NCBI GenBank assembly: GCA_030148005.1 | Contig: JASBUI010000011.1 | Span: forward strand, 1,557 to 65,556 | DNA: 64,000 nucleotides | DNA from: Paracoccaceae bacterium | Lineage (GTDB): Bacteria; Pseudomonadota; Alphaproteobacteria; Rhodobacterales; Rhodobacteraceae | Direction of reading: 5' to 3' | Shown: piece after piece, positions 1 through 9,486 of the stretch | Layout: every line of letters starts with the position of its first letter | Numbering within the stretch: the first letter of the stretch is position 1 | Notes under the pieces: model-generated | Told to the model about the DNA's origin: nothing | Seen by the model: the letters and a program-made list of their open reading frames with translations, nothing else | Databases searched by the model: none | Translations under genes and position numbers: made by a program

Positions 1-1
1 C

Positions 2-3000
2 CGCATCATCTGGAATGCGGGCGACGGCACCGACTTTATCGATGGTGAGGGCGGAAATGACACGGTTGAGATCGTGGGTGATGCAACAGCGGAAACCTAC
101 AACATCTACACCGCTGCAGAGGCGCAGGCCGCTGGCATCGTCCTTGCCAATGCAACGACTGAAATCGTGATCACCCGCAACGGGACCGACACCGCTTCGG
201 TTATTGCCGAGCTGGACAATATCGAAGAGATCCGGGTCAACACGCTTCACGTTACAACACCCGGGGGCGCCGGAGGCGGTGTCACCAACGGTGACACGAT
301 CAACGTCATCGGTGACTTCACCCCGACAAGCCTGAACTTCAACACCATCACGATTGATGGAAACCCCGGCGATGACACTGTCGACATTTCGGCTTTAACC
401 TCAGCACACCGAATTGTCTTCCGTTCAAATGGTGGCAACGACACCATAGTCGGGAACCTGCGTCCGCAGGATGTGATCGAGTTGGCTGCTGGTACAACTC
501 CAGCAGACTACTCGATCACCACAGACGACACCGGCCAGTCGGTCATGACCAATGGAGAGCACTCGGTAACCTTTACCAGCACTGGTGGGCTGCCGCTCTT
601 TGTGGATCCAACCGCGAACACCTTTGACCCGACGGGCTTTGTTCTGACGGACCGCGACATTGCGGGCCTCAAGAACCTGGTCAACGGTCGCCGTGCGTTC
701 GAAGACAGCGATGATACGGACGCTGCGGCGGGTATCCGTGATCTGGAAGGCACCGGAAACAACGTGGCCAATCCGCACTTTGGATCGGCAGATCAGGCGT
801 TTATCCGGCTGACCGAAGCGCGCTTTGGCGCTCTGGACGACAATGGCAACCGTGCGATCAACCCGATCTTCAATGATCTTGATCCCCGGGCCATCAGTAA
901 CGCGCTGGGCGCGCAGGAGGCCGATCTTCCCAAGGCCACCAATGACGCGAGCATGTTCTTCATGTCCTTTGGTCAGTACTTTGACCACGGGCTGGACTTT
1001 ATCCAGAAGGACAGCGCCTTTGGCACGATCGACATCGGCGGGCCGGGCATGAGCCGTGCGCCGGGCACGGACAACCCAGCCGACCTGACGCGTGCTGCGG
1101 TCATCGGATTTGACGATGATGGCAACCCGATGCACGTCAACAAGACGTCACCCTTTGTCGATCAGAACCAGGCCTACGGTTCGACCGAGCTGGTGGGTCA
1201 GTTCCTGCGCGACAGCGATGGTGATCAGGGTCACGGCATGCGGCTTTTGCAGGGTCGCGACGATCCTTCGGCAGAGGGCTATCGTTTGCTGCCGACCTTG
1301 CGCGAGTTGATCGAGCATCACTGGGATGCCGACACGATTTTCCATGCCGAAACGCTTCCGGGCGGCCAGATGAGCCTGCGCGACTATTACACTGATTTCG
1401 ATCTGGGTGATGGTACGACAGGCACGCTTTACGATCCGGCCACGGGCGAGTTTGATGCCGCGGTTGTTTCGGCCATCTCGGCGAACTTCATGGGGTCGGG
1501 TCACGCATTGCTGCTGGATACCAATCCCTACATCAACCTGCTGGATCACTTCGTTGCCGGAGACGGGCGCGCCAATGAGAACTTTGCGCTGACGTCGATG
1601 CACACGATCTGGTCGCGCAACCACGACTTCCACGTCGAAAAGCTTTTGGACTCAGGTTTTGAGGGCACGCAGGAAGAGATGTTCCAGGCAGCCAAGATGC
1701 TGAACGAGAATGACTATCAGCGGGTCGTCTTTACGGACTTCGCAGATGTTCTTCTGGGCGGTATGCGCGGCGACGGCGACCACGGGTTTGACGGGTACAA
1801 CCCTGATGTGGATGCACGTATCTCGCATGAGTTTGCATCGGCAGTTTACCGTGTTGGCCACTCGCTGATCGGTGAGACGCTGGCGGTCACTGACGAGAAC
1901 GGCCAGATGCAGGAAGTTGCACTGTTCGACGCCTTCCTGAACCCGACGAACGAGGCTCAGGCGTTTACCGCGCCGCTGCCTCCGGGCTATGTTCCGCAGC
2001 CGGGCTATGCGCAACTTGGCGTAAGCTCGATCCTTGACGGGATTGCCGGGCAGCAGGCCGAAGAGATCGACTTTAACATCGTTGACGCCGTCCGGAACGA
2101 TCTGGTTCGTATCAGCGCCGATCTCTTTGCCTTCAACGTGGCACGCGGCTGGGATGTGGGCATTGGCACATTGAACCAGGTTCGCGCCGATCTTCTGGCT
2201 TCGACCGATCCCTACATCATGGAGGCGATTTCCTACGCTGGCGATCTGACGCCCTATAGCACATGGGCAGACTTCCAGTCGCGCAACGGTCTGAGCGATG
2301 TCGTGATTGCACAGTTCCAGGAAGCCTATCCTGACCTTGTGCTGACCACGCAGGAAGACATCGATGCCTTCGTTGCGGCCAACCCGAATATCGCGATGAC
2401 CGATGGCGACAATGGCGCCAAGATCGTGTCGGGTGTTGACCGGATGGACCTTTGGGTTGGCGGGCTTGCCGAGACAAAGATCAACGGCGGGGTTGTCGGT
2501 TCAACCTTCTGGGTCGTGCTGCACGAACAGTTCGATCGTCTGCAGGAAGGTGATCGCCACTACTACATCGACCGGTTCGAGAACTTCGACCTTTATAACG
2601 TTGTCGAAGACCTGACGATGTCGGACATCGTAATGCGCAACACCGATCTTCGTGGTCTGGATGAGAGCATCTTTACGACGACGCCGACAGATGATGCCAA
2701 TCCGGGCGACGATGCTGGTGACGGCAACGGTGACAACGCCGGCGACGGCAATGGCGATAACACCGGTGATGGCAATGGCGATAACACCGGTGACAACACT
2801 GGCGACGACACTGGTGGCAACGCAGGTGACGATACCGGCGACGACACAGGCGATGGGGGAACCGCGGAAGAGATCGCGGCTTCTGATGATCTGAACGGGA
2901 CCGAAGGCGCAGATGCGCTGACCGGAACTGATGCAGGCGAAACCATCGTGGCGATGGGTGGCCGGGACATGGTGTTTGCCGGTGACGGCAATGACAACGT

Positions 3001-3700
3001 GATCGGCGGCGGCGGCAACGACATGCTGTTCGGCGACGGTGGCAACGACCGCATCTTTGGCGAAGACGGCGATGATTTCATCACTGCCGGCGACGGTGAC
3101 GATACGGTCTTTGGCGGGGCTGGCGATGATCTGATCGTTGCGGCCAAAGGGGACGGTGATGACACCTACTATGGCGATGGTGTGAATGGCGAAAGTGGCA
3201 ATGACACGCTGGATATGTCCGCGATCATGGCCGACACCACCGTCAATCTCGGCACCGGGTACATGAACCGCGGCAGCGCGCAAAGCGCCGAAAGCGGCAA
3301 TGACACCCTGTGGAGCATCGAGAATGTCGTGACCGGGTCAGGCAATGACACGATCACCGCCAGCAACGCCGTCAACATCATCGACGGGGGCGACGGCAAC
3401 GACGTCTTCCGCTTTGAGGCCGCCGGCGATGCCGATGGTGACACGATCATGACCTTCCAGCCGGGCGACAAGATCGACCTGAGTGGGATGGACGCGGATG
3501 CCACGACCGGCGGCCAGCAAAGCTTTACGCTTGTGTCTGGTGGTCTGTCAGGGGCAGGCGAGTTGATGGTCAGCCACGAAACCCGCGACGATGGGGAATA
3601 TACCGTCGTTGAGGGTAATACCACGGACCAGTCTGATCCGGATTTCAAGATCAGCATCAAGGGCAACCACGACCTGTCCTCGTCCGACTTCAATTTCTAA
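2..3700 (+). CDS. Animal-haem-peroxidase family protein fused to C-terminal RTX (hemolysin-type Ca-binding) repeats; 5' end lies outside the window
   Basis: The frame is open from nt 2. The upstream residues RIIWNAGDGTDFIDGEGGNDTV are already RTX-like, so the GTG at 74 is not the real start. Peroxidase signatures are FGQYFDHGLDF (distal His region), ALTSMHTIWSRNHDFH and YRVGHSLI (proximal His region). The C-terminal third carries GGxGxDxUx nonapeptides (GGGGNDMLFGDGGNDRIFGEDGDDFITAGDGDD...). The C-terminus is ...SSSDFNF, an acidic residue followed by hydrophobic residues, as in T1SS substrates. Confidence 0.85.
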   Translation, partial: RIIWNAGDGTDFIDGEGGNDTVEIVGDATAETYNIYTAAEAQAAGIVLANATTEIVITRNGTDTASVIAELDNIEEIRVNTLHVTTPGGAGGGVTNGDTINVIGDFTPTSLNFNTITIDGNPGDDTVDISALTSAHRIVFRSNGGNDTIVGNLRPQDVIELAAGTTPADYSITTDDTGQSVMTNGEHSVTFTSTGGLPLFVDPTANTFDPTGFVLTDRDIAGLKNLVNGRRAFEDSDDTDAAAGIRDLEGTGNNVANPHFGSADQAFIRLTEARFGALDDNGNRAINPIFNDLDPRAISNALGAQEADLPKATNDASMFFMSFGQYFDHGLDFIQKDSAFGTIDIGGPGMSRAPGTDNPADLTRAAVIGFDDDGNPMHVNKTSPFVDQNQAYGSTELVGQFLRDSDGDQGHGMRLLQGRDDPSAEGYRLLPTLRELIEHHWDADTIFHAETLPGGQMSLRDYYTDFDLGDGTTGTLYDPATGEFDAAVVSAISANFMGSGHALLLDTNPYINLLDHFVAGDGRANENFALTSMHTIWSRNHDFHVEKLLDSGFEGTQEEMFQAAKMLNENDYQRVVFTDFADVLLGGMRGDGDHGFDGYNPDVDARISHEFASAVYRVGHSLIGETLAVTDENGQMQEVALFDAFLNPTNEAQAFTAPLPPGYVPQPGYAQLGVSSILDGIAGQQAEEIDFNIVDAVRNDLVRISADLFAFNVARGWDVGIGTLNQVRADLLASTDPYIMEAISYAGDLTPYSTWADFQSRNGLSDVVIAQFQEAYPDLVLTTQEDIDAFVAANPNIAMTDGDNGAKIVSGVDRMDLWVGGLAETKINGGVVGSTFWVVLHEQFDRLQEGDRHYYIDRFENFDLYNVVEDLTMSDIVMRNTDLRGLDESIFTTTPTDDANPGDDAGDGNGDNAGDGNGDNTGDGNGDNTGDNTGDDTGGNAGDDTGDDTGDGGTAEEIAASDDLNGTEGADALTGTDAGETIVAMGGRDMVFAGDGNDNVIGGGGNDMLFGDGGNDRIFGEDGDDFITAGDGDDTVFGGAGDDLIVAAKGDGDDTYYGDGVNGESGNDTLDMSAIMADTTVNLGTGYMNRGSAQSAESGNDTLWSIENVVTGSGNDTITASNAVNIIDGGDGNDVFRFEAAGDADGDTIMTFQPGDKIDLSGMDADATTGGQQSFTLVSGGLSGAGELMVSHETRDDGEYTVVEGNTTDQSDPDFKISIKGNHDLSSSDFNF
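2705..2860 (+). repeat. In-frame G/D/N/T low-complexity tandem repeat (linker between the peroxidase and RTX parts)
   Basis: The translation is GDDAGDGNGDNAGDGNGDNTGDGNGDNTGDNTGDDTGGNAGDDTGDDTGDGG. The 23-mer ggcaatggcgataacaccggtga occurs twice in direct tandem with a 24-nt period (2747-2769 and 2771-2793). Confidence 0.9.
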
Positions 3701-3708
3701 AAGTACCA

Positions 3709-3753
3709 CCCCCCGCGCAAACGAGTTTTGCTGAACGCGCGGGGGGCATTTTC
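3709..3753 (+). terminator. Rho-independent terminator after the peroxidase-RTX gene
   Basis: A perfect 10-bp GC stem, ccccccgcgc (3709-3718) / gcgcgggggg (3737-3746), is followed by cattttcat. Confidence 0.75.
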
Positions 3754-3787
3754 ATATTTGATGTGTTGAACTTGAGGGGGTTCTGTA

Positions 3788-5557
3788 ATGTCATCCAAAG
3801 AGCGTATTAACGCTGCTAAGCGCAAACAGGTTGAAAGCCTGACACGAGGGTTTCGCGGGATAATCGCATTCCTTTTCGGTATGTCGGGGATCATCAATAT
3901 CCTGGCGCTGACCGGCGCAATCTACATGCTTCAGATTTATGACCGCGCCTTGGGCAGCGGAAGTGTTCCGACCTTGTTGGCACTTTCGGCTCTGGCGATC
4001 GGTCTCTACTTTTTTCAGGGTCTGTTCGACATCTTGCGGTCGCAGATGCTGGTTCGGATCGGGGCGCGGCTGGATCGCAAGATCGCACCGATGGCGCATC
4101 AGGTTGCCATCGACATGCCGCGCTTCGGGTTCTCCACTTCCGAGGCGCTGGAACGCGGCCGGGATGTGGATACGGTTCGTGGCTTTCTTGGAAGCCAGGG
4201 ACCAGTTGCGCTTTTTGACTTACCGTGGATGCCTTTGTTCCTTCTATTCGTCTATTCATTACATCCGCTGCTTGGGGCCCTCACCGCGGGCGGCGCGTTT
4301 GTTTTGACGATGCTGACGCTGACTACGGAATTGATGACCCGTAAACTCAGCGCCTCTACGCATCAGGCGGCCATCGAGCGAAACTCGATTGCGGACTCCA
4401 ATGCCCGCAACGCCGATGTTTTGAAGGCCATGGGCTTTGCCGGGCGTGCAATTCAACGCTTTAATCGTGCGAACGATGATCATCTTGAGTTGCACGCCCG
4501 CACCAATGACATAAGCGGCACCTTCGGGGCCATGTCGCGCGTTCTGCGCATGATGCTGCAGTCGGCGGTCCTTGGGCTTGGCGCATTTCTAACCATTAAG
4601 GGAGAGCTTTCTGCGGGCGCGATCATCGCGGCCTCTGTTGCATCTGCACGTGCCTTGGCGCCGATCGATCTGGCCATCGGTAACTGGAAACAGGTCGTTG
4701 GCGCGCGCGCCGCGTTCGGCCGCCTGAAAGAGACGGTCACTGCGCTTGCGTCGATCCAAGAGCCGATGGAGCTGCCTGCACCCAAAACCACGCTGAAGGT
4801 TGAAGGTGTCACCGTATCGGCGCCGGGATCGGGCCGGGTTCTGCTAAGCGATGTCGATTTCAAGCTGCACGCCGGTCAGGCCGTGGGCGTCATTGGCCCC
4901 AGCGGCGGCGGCAAGACGACCCTTGTCAGGGCGCTTACAGGTATCTGGCCGGTTCTGCGCGGATCGGTGCGGCTGGATGATGCCGAACTTACCCAGTGGG
5001 ATGACAGCGCGCTGGGCGGTTTCGTTGGCTACCTGCCACAGGACGTTGCCCTGATGGATGCCACCATCGGCGAGAACATCTCGCGCTTTGCCGAGATGCC
5101 GGACCCGCAAGGCGTTGTGGCCGCAGCGCAAGCCGCAGGGGTGCACGAAATGATCGTGCGTCTTCCCGAAGGGTACTCAACAAGGCTTGGCCCCTTGGGC
5201 ATGTCCCTGTCCGGCGGTCAGCGCCAGCGCATCGGGCTTGCCCGCGCGCTTTATGGAGATCCATTCCTTGTAGTTCTGGATGAGCCGAACTCGAACCTCG
5301 ACAGCGAGGGCGAGAACGCGCTGACCAAGGCTATCGAAGGGATCCGTGCCCGCGGCGGTATCGCGGTGATCGTTGCGCACCGTCCAAGTGCATTGGCAGC
5401 GGTCGATATGGTTGCGGTCGTTCAGGGCGGACGGATGAGCGCATTTGGAAAGAAGGAAGAAGTGATCGGGCCCAAGGTGGTCGAAACTCCACCTGAGCCC
5501 CAGAAAACCGGTCGGGGAGCCCCCGCGCCGACCAAACTGGCAGGAGCTGCATCATGA
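3788..5557 (+). CDS. Type I secretion system permease/ATPase (PrtD/AprD type, no N-terminal C39 peptidase domain)
   Basis: 589 aa with an N-terminal 6-TM ABC membrane domain. It has Walker A GPSGGGKTT, the signature LSGGQRQRIGLARAL and Walker B LVVLDEPNSNLD. GAGGGGG lies upstream of the ATG. Confidence 0.9.
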   Translation: MSSKERINAAKRKQVESLTRGFRGIIAFLFGMSGIINILALTGAIYMLQIYDRALGSGSVPTLLALSALAIGLYFFQGLFDILRSQMLVRIGARLDRKIAPMAHQVAIDMPRFGFSTSEALERGRDVDTVRGFLGSQGPVALFDLPWMPLFLLFVYSLHPLLGALTAGGAFVLTMLTLTTELMTRKLSASTHQAAIERNSIADSNARNADVLKAMGFAGRAIQRFNRANDDHLELHARTNDISGTFGAMSRVLRMMLQSAVLGLGAFLTIKGELSAGAIIAASVASARALAPIDLAIGNWKQVVGARAAFGRLKETVTALASIQEPMELPAPKTTLKVEGVTVSAPGSGRVLLSDVDFKLHAGQAVGVIGPSGGGKTTLVRALTGIWPVLRGSVRLDDAELTQWDDSALGGFVGYLPQDVALMDATIGENISRFAEMPDPQGVVAAAQAAGVHEMIVRLPEGYSTRLGPLGMSLSGGQRQRIGLARALYGDPFLVVLDEPNSNLDSEGENALTKAIEGIRARGGIAVIVAHRPSALAAVDMVAVVQGGRMSAFGKKEEVIGPKVVETPPEPQKTGRGAPAPTKLAGAAS

Positions 5558-7458
5558 TTGAAGTCAAGGGAACCAGAACGGCAACCAAAACCAACGATCC
5601 GGCTGCCAAGTACATACTTAAAGACGACATCACCAAGTCACGGATGCCCCATGCGATCGGCATCTTCCTGACGGGCGCAGCGATTTACCTCAAAACGATG
5701 CTGGGCAAGAAAGAGCCCGAAGGGTTTGCCGGCGAAGATGCGCCAGCGGCCCTTCCGCAAGAGGACGAACAGCCGCTTAAAAAAGGTGGATCGCTTGTTC
5801 CGCTGGAGTTTCCTGAACGTGAAATGGCGTTCTCAGATGATGACGACACGCAGGAAAGCGCCAAGCCAGAGCAGGAAGCCTTTCGGTTCAGCGCGTCCAA
5901 TGTCGTATCGCTTTTCGCGGCGCCAGAGACGCCCGAGCCGGTCTTTGGCAACATCGATCAGGACTATTTCCCTGATCCCGACGCCTGGCCAGAGCCACCT
6001 GCTCCGGGCCCGGTTGCCGGCGATGAGGGCGACGAGGACGATGCGCCTGTTGCCGATGACGAAGAAGACGAAGACGAGAGCGACGATGACAGCGATCTTG
6101 AGCGCAATCGCGCACCCGGGGCCACACGCCCCGTCTATCTTTTTGACGTCGTTGGATGCGCGGCAATTCTGATCGCCTTTTCCGATCTTCTGGAACATGC
6201 GTCCGATCCCGATGGCGATGCGCTTGTTGTCTCGGATGTACGCGTTTCCGCCGGCACGGTCGAAGTTGTCGAAGGCGGCATCCTCTACCACCCGGCCGAT
6301 GATGCGCTGGGCCCGGTCCAGATGACCTACAAAATATCGGACGGCGAATTTGCCTTTGAGCAGACCGCACATTTTGAAGTGCTGCCGGAAGAGATTGTCG
6401 GGACCGATGGCGCTGACGCCCTGCTGGGTTCGGTCTGCGCAGATGAAATTCTTGGACTTGCCGGCGATGACAATATCGACGGGCGCGAAGGGAATGACAT
6501 CATCTATGGCGGCGACGGCGATGACCACATTGTCGGCGGCGCGGGCGATGACACGATCTATGGCGGCGCGGGTGACGACATCATCTTTGGAATGGAAGGT
6601 GATGACACCATTTCCGGCGGCACCGGCAACGACACCGTTTCTGGCGGCTTGGGGGATGACATCATCTTTGCGGGCGAGGGGGATGATCATGCCACGGGCG
6701 GCGAGGGGCGCGACATCATCTTTGGCGGCGATGGCGAGGATACATTGCTGGGCGATGCTGGCGATGATGTCATCGATGGCGGAAGCGGCGCCGACATGAT
6801 TGACGGCGGCAGCGGCAGCGATGTGCTGATGGATGGCGCGGGGCGCGATGTCGTTATGGCCGGAAGCGGCGACGATGTCGTTCTGGCCGCGGCAGATGCC
6901 GACGGTGACAGCTATGACGGCGGTGAAGACTTTGACGTTCTGGATTATGCCGCGGCAACCAAGGCGCTAGAGATTGACCTGGCCGCTGGCACCGTTCGCA
7001 GCGAAGGGGCCGAGGAGGACAGCTTTGTCGGCTTTGAGGCGGTCAGCGGCGGACAGGGCGATGACCTGTTCAAGATGGACGCGGCTGTGCGCACGGTTTC
7101 CGGTGGCGGCGGCAACAACACCTTTGAGTTCTGCGACGACGACGATGATGATGGTCCGGGCGATCAAAGCCATGGCTTTGGAGAGTTCCGCATTCTCGAC
7201 TTTCACCCCGGCGACAAGGTGAAGAAAGAGAAATACGTGATCTTTGAAAAGTCCGACGACGATGACGGCGATCTTTACAGTTCGATGAACGGGTCGGACG
7301 CGGATGACATTCCGCAACTCGCGCGGGTTCGTTTCCGGCACGAGCGCGATGAAGATCGCGACGAGGAAAAGACCGTGGTCGAATTTGACTGGGACCGCGA
7401 CGGCGAAATGACCGTCTATCTGGACGGTCGCCACGAATTGATCGTGGTCGAGCTATGA
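5554..7458 (+). CDS. RTX calcium-binding repeat protein with an N-terminal hydrophobic segment, acidic linker and cadherin-like segment; probable second T1SS substrate
   Basis: The ATG overlaps the ABC stop (ATGA at 5554-5557). It has a hydrophobic segment AIGIFLTGAAIYLKTML and an acidic run DEGDEDDAPVADDEEDEDESDDDSD. More than 15 nonapeptides follow (GGDGDDHIVGGAGDDTIYGGAGDDIIFGMEGDDTISGGTGNDTVSGG...). The C-terminal FHPGDKV motif resembles FQPGDKIDLS in the peroxidase-RTX protein. Confidence 0.85.
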   Translation: MIEVKGTRTATKTNDPAAKYILKDDITKSRMPHAIGIFLTGAAIYLKTMLGKKEPEGFAGEDAPAALPQEDEQPLKKGGSLVPLEFPEREMAFSDDDDTQESAKPEQEAFRFSASNVVSLFAAPETPEPVFGNIDQDYFPDPDAWPEPPAPGPVAGDEGDEDDAPVADDEEDEDESDDDSDLERNRAPGATRPVYLFDVVGCAAILIAFSDLLEHASDPDGDALVVSDVRVSAGTVEVVEGGILYHPADDALGPVQMTYKISDGEFAFEQTAHFEVLPEEIVGTDGADALLGSVCADEILGLAGDDNIDGREGNDIIYGGDGDDHIVGGAGDDTIYGGAGDDIIFGMEGDDTISGGTGNDTVSGGLGDDIIFAGEGDDHATGGEGRDIIFGGDGEDTLLGDAGDDVIDGGSGADMIDGGSGSDVLMDGAGRDVVMAGSGDDVVLAAADADGDSYDGGEDFDVLDYAAATKALEIDLAAGTVRSEGAEEDSFVGFEAVSGGQGDDLFKMDAAVRTVSGGGGNNTFEFCDDDDDDGPGDQSHGFGEFRILDFHPGDKVKKEKYVIFEKSDDDDGDLYSSMNGSDADDIPQLARVRFRHERDEDRDEEKTVVEFDWDRDGEMTVYLDGRHELIVVEL

Positions 7459-7498
7459 CATTTGGTTTCCAAAGCGCCCTGCGCCGGAACAAGGAACT

Positions 7499-8836
7499 AT
7501 GAGTATGAACAACAATCAGAGCATTCGCGCGACAGCAGCGGTTCCAGCGGCGAAGGACAACTTTCGCCTTGGCCCGCGCATTGCGATCGCAAGTCTATTG
7601 GCCGTTCTATTGATCGGCGGCGCCGGTGGCTGGGCGGCAACGGCCAAACTGGCCGGTGCGGTAATCTCGCAAGGCGTTGTGATCGTGGATCAAAAGGTTA
7701 AGTCCATTCAGCACCGCGATGGTGGCATCGTGTCGGACATCGCCGTTGTCGAAGGGGACCGGGTCGAAAAGGGCCAGATCCTTTTGCGCCTCGACGATGC
7801 CCAGACAAAGGCCGAGCGCTTGATCGTCAAGGCACAGCTGGTGGAACTGACCGCCCGCTATGCCCGCCTTCAGGCCGAACGCGAGGGTGATGACGCAATC
7901 ACTTTCCCGGTCGGTTTTCTTGAATCGGACCCCGCTGCGCCAGAGATTGCGCAAGGTGCGGTGCGCCTCTTTGAAGGTTTGCGCGCGGGCCGTGAAAGCC
8001 AGCAGGCGCAGCTGCGCCTCGGGATGGAACAGATCGCGGCCGAGATCGTCGGGCTTGAAGGTCAGCTTTCGGCCAAAAGGGCCGAGATCGAACTGGTCGA
8101 AGCCGAGTTCACCAAGATCAAGGATCTTGCTGATCGCCAACTGGTCGAAGCAACCCGCGTCTACAGCACGGATCGTGAGCGCGTTCGCCTTCGCGGCGAG
8201 CTGGGTGAGATCGACGCGGCCATTGCACGTGCGCGCACGCGGTCAAGCGAGATCAGCCTGCAGATCCTGTCGATTGATGAGACAAGCCGCACCGATGCGC
8301 AGCGCGAGATCGGAACGCTTGAGACACGTCTTTCCGAGCTTAGAGAGCGGGCAACCGCGATTGATGACCGGCTGACGCGCACGGACATCCGCGCGCCCAT
8401 CTCGGGTACGGTCAATGAGTTGAACGTACACACCGTGGGCGGCGTCATCACACCGGCAGAAGTGCTGGTTACGATCGTGCCAGAGCTTGCCAAGCTGAAG
8501 GTTGAGGTGCGCCTGCCACCTGTAAGCATCGAGCAGGTGTCCGAAGGCCAGATCGCGCGCCTGCGCTTTCCCGCCTTCAACCAGCGCACCACGCCCGAGC
8601 TTGTGTCAGAGGTGACCTATGTTGCGCCCGCCACGACACGCGACAACAAGACGGGCGAGGAGTACTACCTTGGCTATGTTGAGATCCCGGCAGGCGAGTT
8701 GAGCAAGCTGGGCGACAGCAGCCTTCTTCCCGGCATGCCGGTCGAGGTCTTCATCTCGACCGACGAGCGCACCGTCGTTTCCTATCTGGCGCGCCCGGTG
8801 CTGGATCAGTTCAGCAGGGCCTTCCGCGAGCGCTAG
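7499..8836 (+). CDS. HlyD-family type I secretion periplasmic adaptor (MFP)
   Basis: 445 aa with a single N-terminal TM (IAIASLLAVLLIGGAGGWAA). It also has a long coiled-coil region and the C-terminal beta-barrel motifs typical of HlyD/PrtE (RAPISGTVNELNVHTVGGVITP, LLPGMPVEVFI). Confidence 0.9.
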   Translation: MSMNNNQSIRATAAVPAAKDNFRLGPRIAIASLLAVLLIGGAGGWAATAKLAGAVISQGVVIVDQKVKSIQHRDGGIVSDIAVVEGDRVEKGQILLRLDDAQTKAERLIVKAQLVELTARYARLQAEREGDDAITFPVGFLESDPAAPEIAQGAVRLFEGLRAGRESQQAQLRLGMEQIAAEIVGLEGQLSAKRAEIELVEAEFTKIKDLADRQLVEATRVYSTDRERVRLRGELGEIDAAIARARTRSSEISLQILSIDETSRTDAQREIGTLETRLSELRERATAIDDRLTRTDIRAPISGTVNELNVHTVGGVITPAEVLVTIVPELAKLKVEVRLPPVSIEQVSEGQIARLRFPAFNQRTTPELVSEVTYVAPATTRDNKTGEEYYLGYVEIPAGELSKLGDSSLLPGMPVEVFISTDERTVVSYLARPVLDQFSRAFRER

Positions 8837-8861
8837 GGAAACGACAACGTCAAACTTTGCA

Positions 8862-8905
8862 GCGGCCGCTGAACCTTGAATGGCTCGGCGGCCGTTCTTC
8901 TTTTC
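8862..8905 (+). terminator. Probable intrinsic terminator after the MFP gene
   Basis: The hairpin gcggccgc ... gcggccgt has a ~18-nt loop and is followed by tcttcttttc. Confidence 0.5.
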
Positions 8906-9486
8906 GGCGGTTCTGGCGCGCAACGCGCAACGGAAATAGACGAATCATTCCATCTGGTTGCGCGGCGTCGTTAACGAGATGGATGCAGAAGCAAAACAAT
9001 CCGAATTCGTCCGGCTTAATGTTGCCGGAAAAGTTAACGCCGGGGTGCCAAAAAACTTGCACAATGTTGAAATTGTCGAAAATGGATGTGAATGATTCGC
9101 AATTGCAAAGATAATTGCCACCGGAAATGAGCCCGAAATTCGGGATGCGGATGTGGTATCATGATGCCTCAACCCAGCGTGTTCTTTTTCCAAAGCAAAA
9201 TTTTCGCGTTTTCAGGATGTAGTGTTCATTTTTGCCGCCTGCCACGAAATGATGTGCCAGTTCGCGCGATCTTTCGAGAAATTCAGATCTGGCTTGCCTT
9301 GAATTGTGGCCCTGATTTTGGCGCCGCCAAAGAGCTTACCCAAGGGCAATAATGGGCGTTGGCGGGGGCCATGCCCGCCAGTTTCCAGACCCGAAAGTGT
9401 TTACATAACATTAAGCGATGGTAAGATTTTGACATTGAATGGGGAAATTTGCTGGTCGCTATTTTTTGCGGTTCTGGAGGGGTAAG

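Noticed and set aside
74-3700. The GTG at 74 as the start of the peroxidase-RTX protein.
   Set aside because: The frame is open back to nt 2 and the upstream residues (AGDGTDFIDGEGGNDTV) are already RTX repeat sequence. The gene is therefore truncated by the window edge, and the true start lies upstream.
3788-8836. The T1SS core (ABC + MFP) as a novel secretion system.
   Set aside because: Both components carry entirely standard PrtD/HlyD-family motifs. Only the cargo and gene order are unusual, and these are reported separately.
9400-9414. A possible CtrA box (TTAA-N7-TTAA) upstream of the response regulator.
   Set aside because: The sequence is TTAC-ATAACAT-TAAG, with both half-sites imperfect. 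That is too weak to call without a genome-wide motif model.
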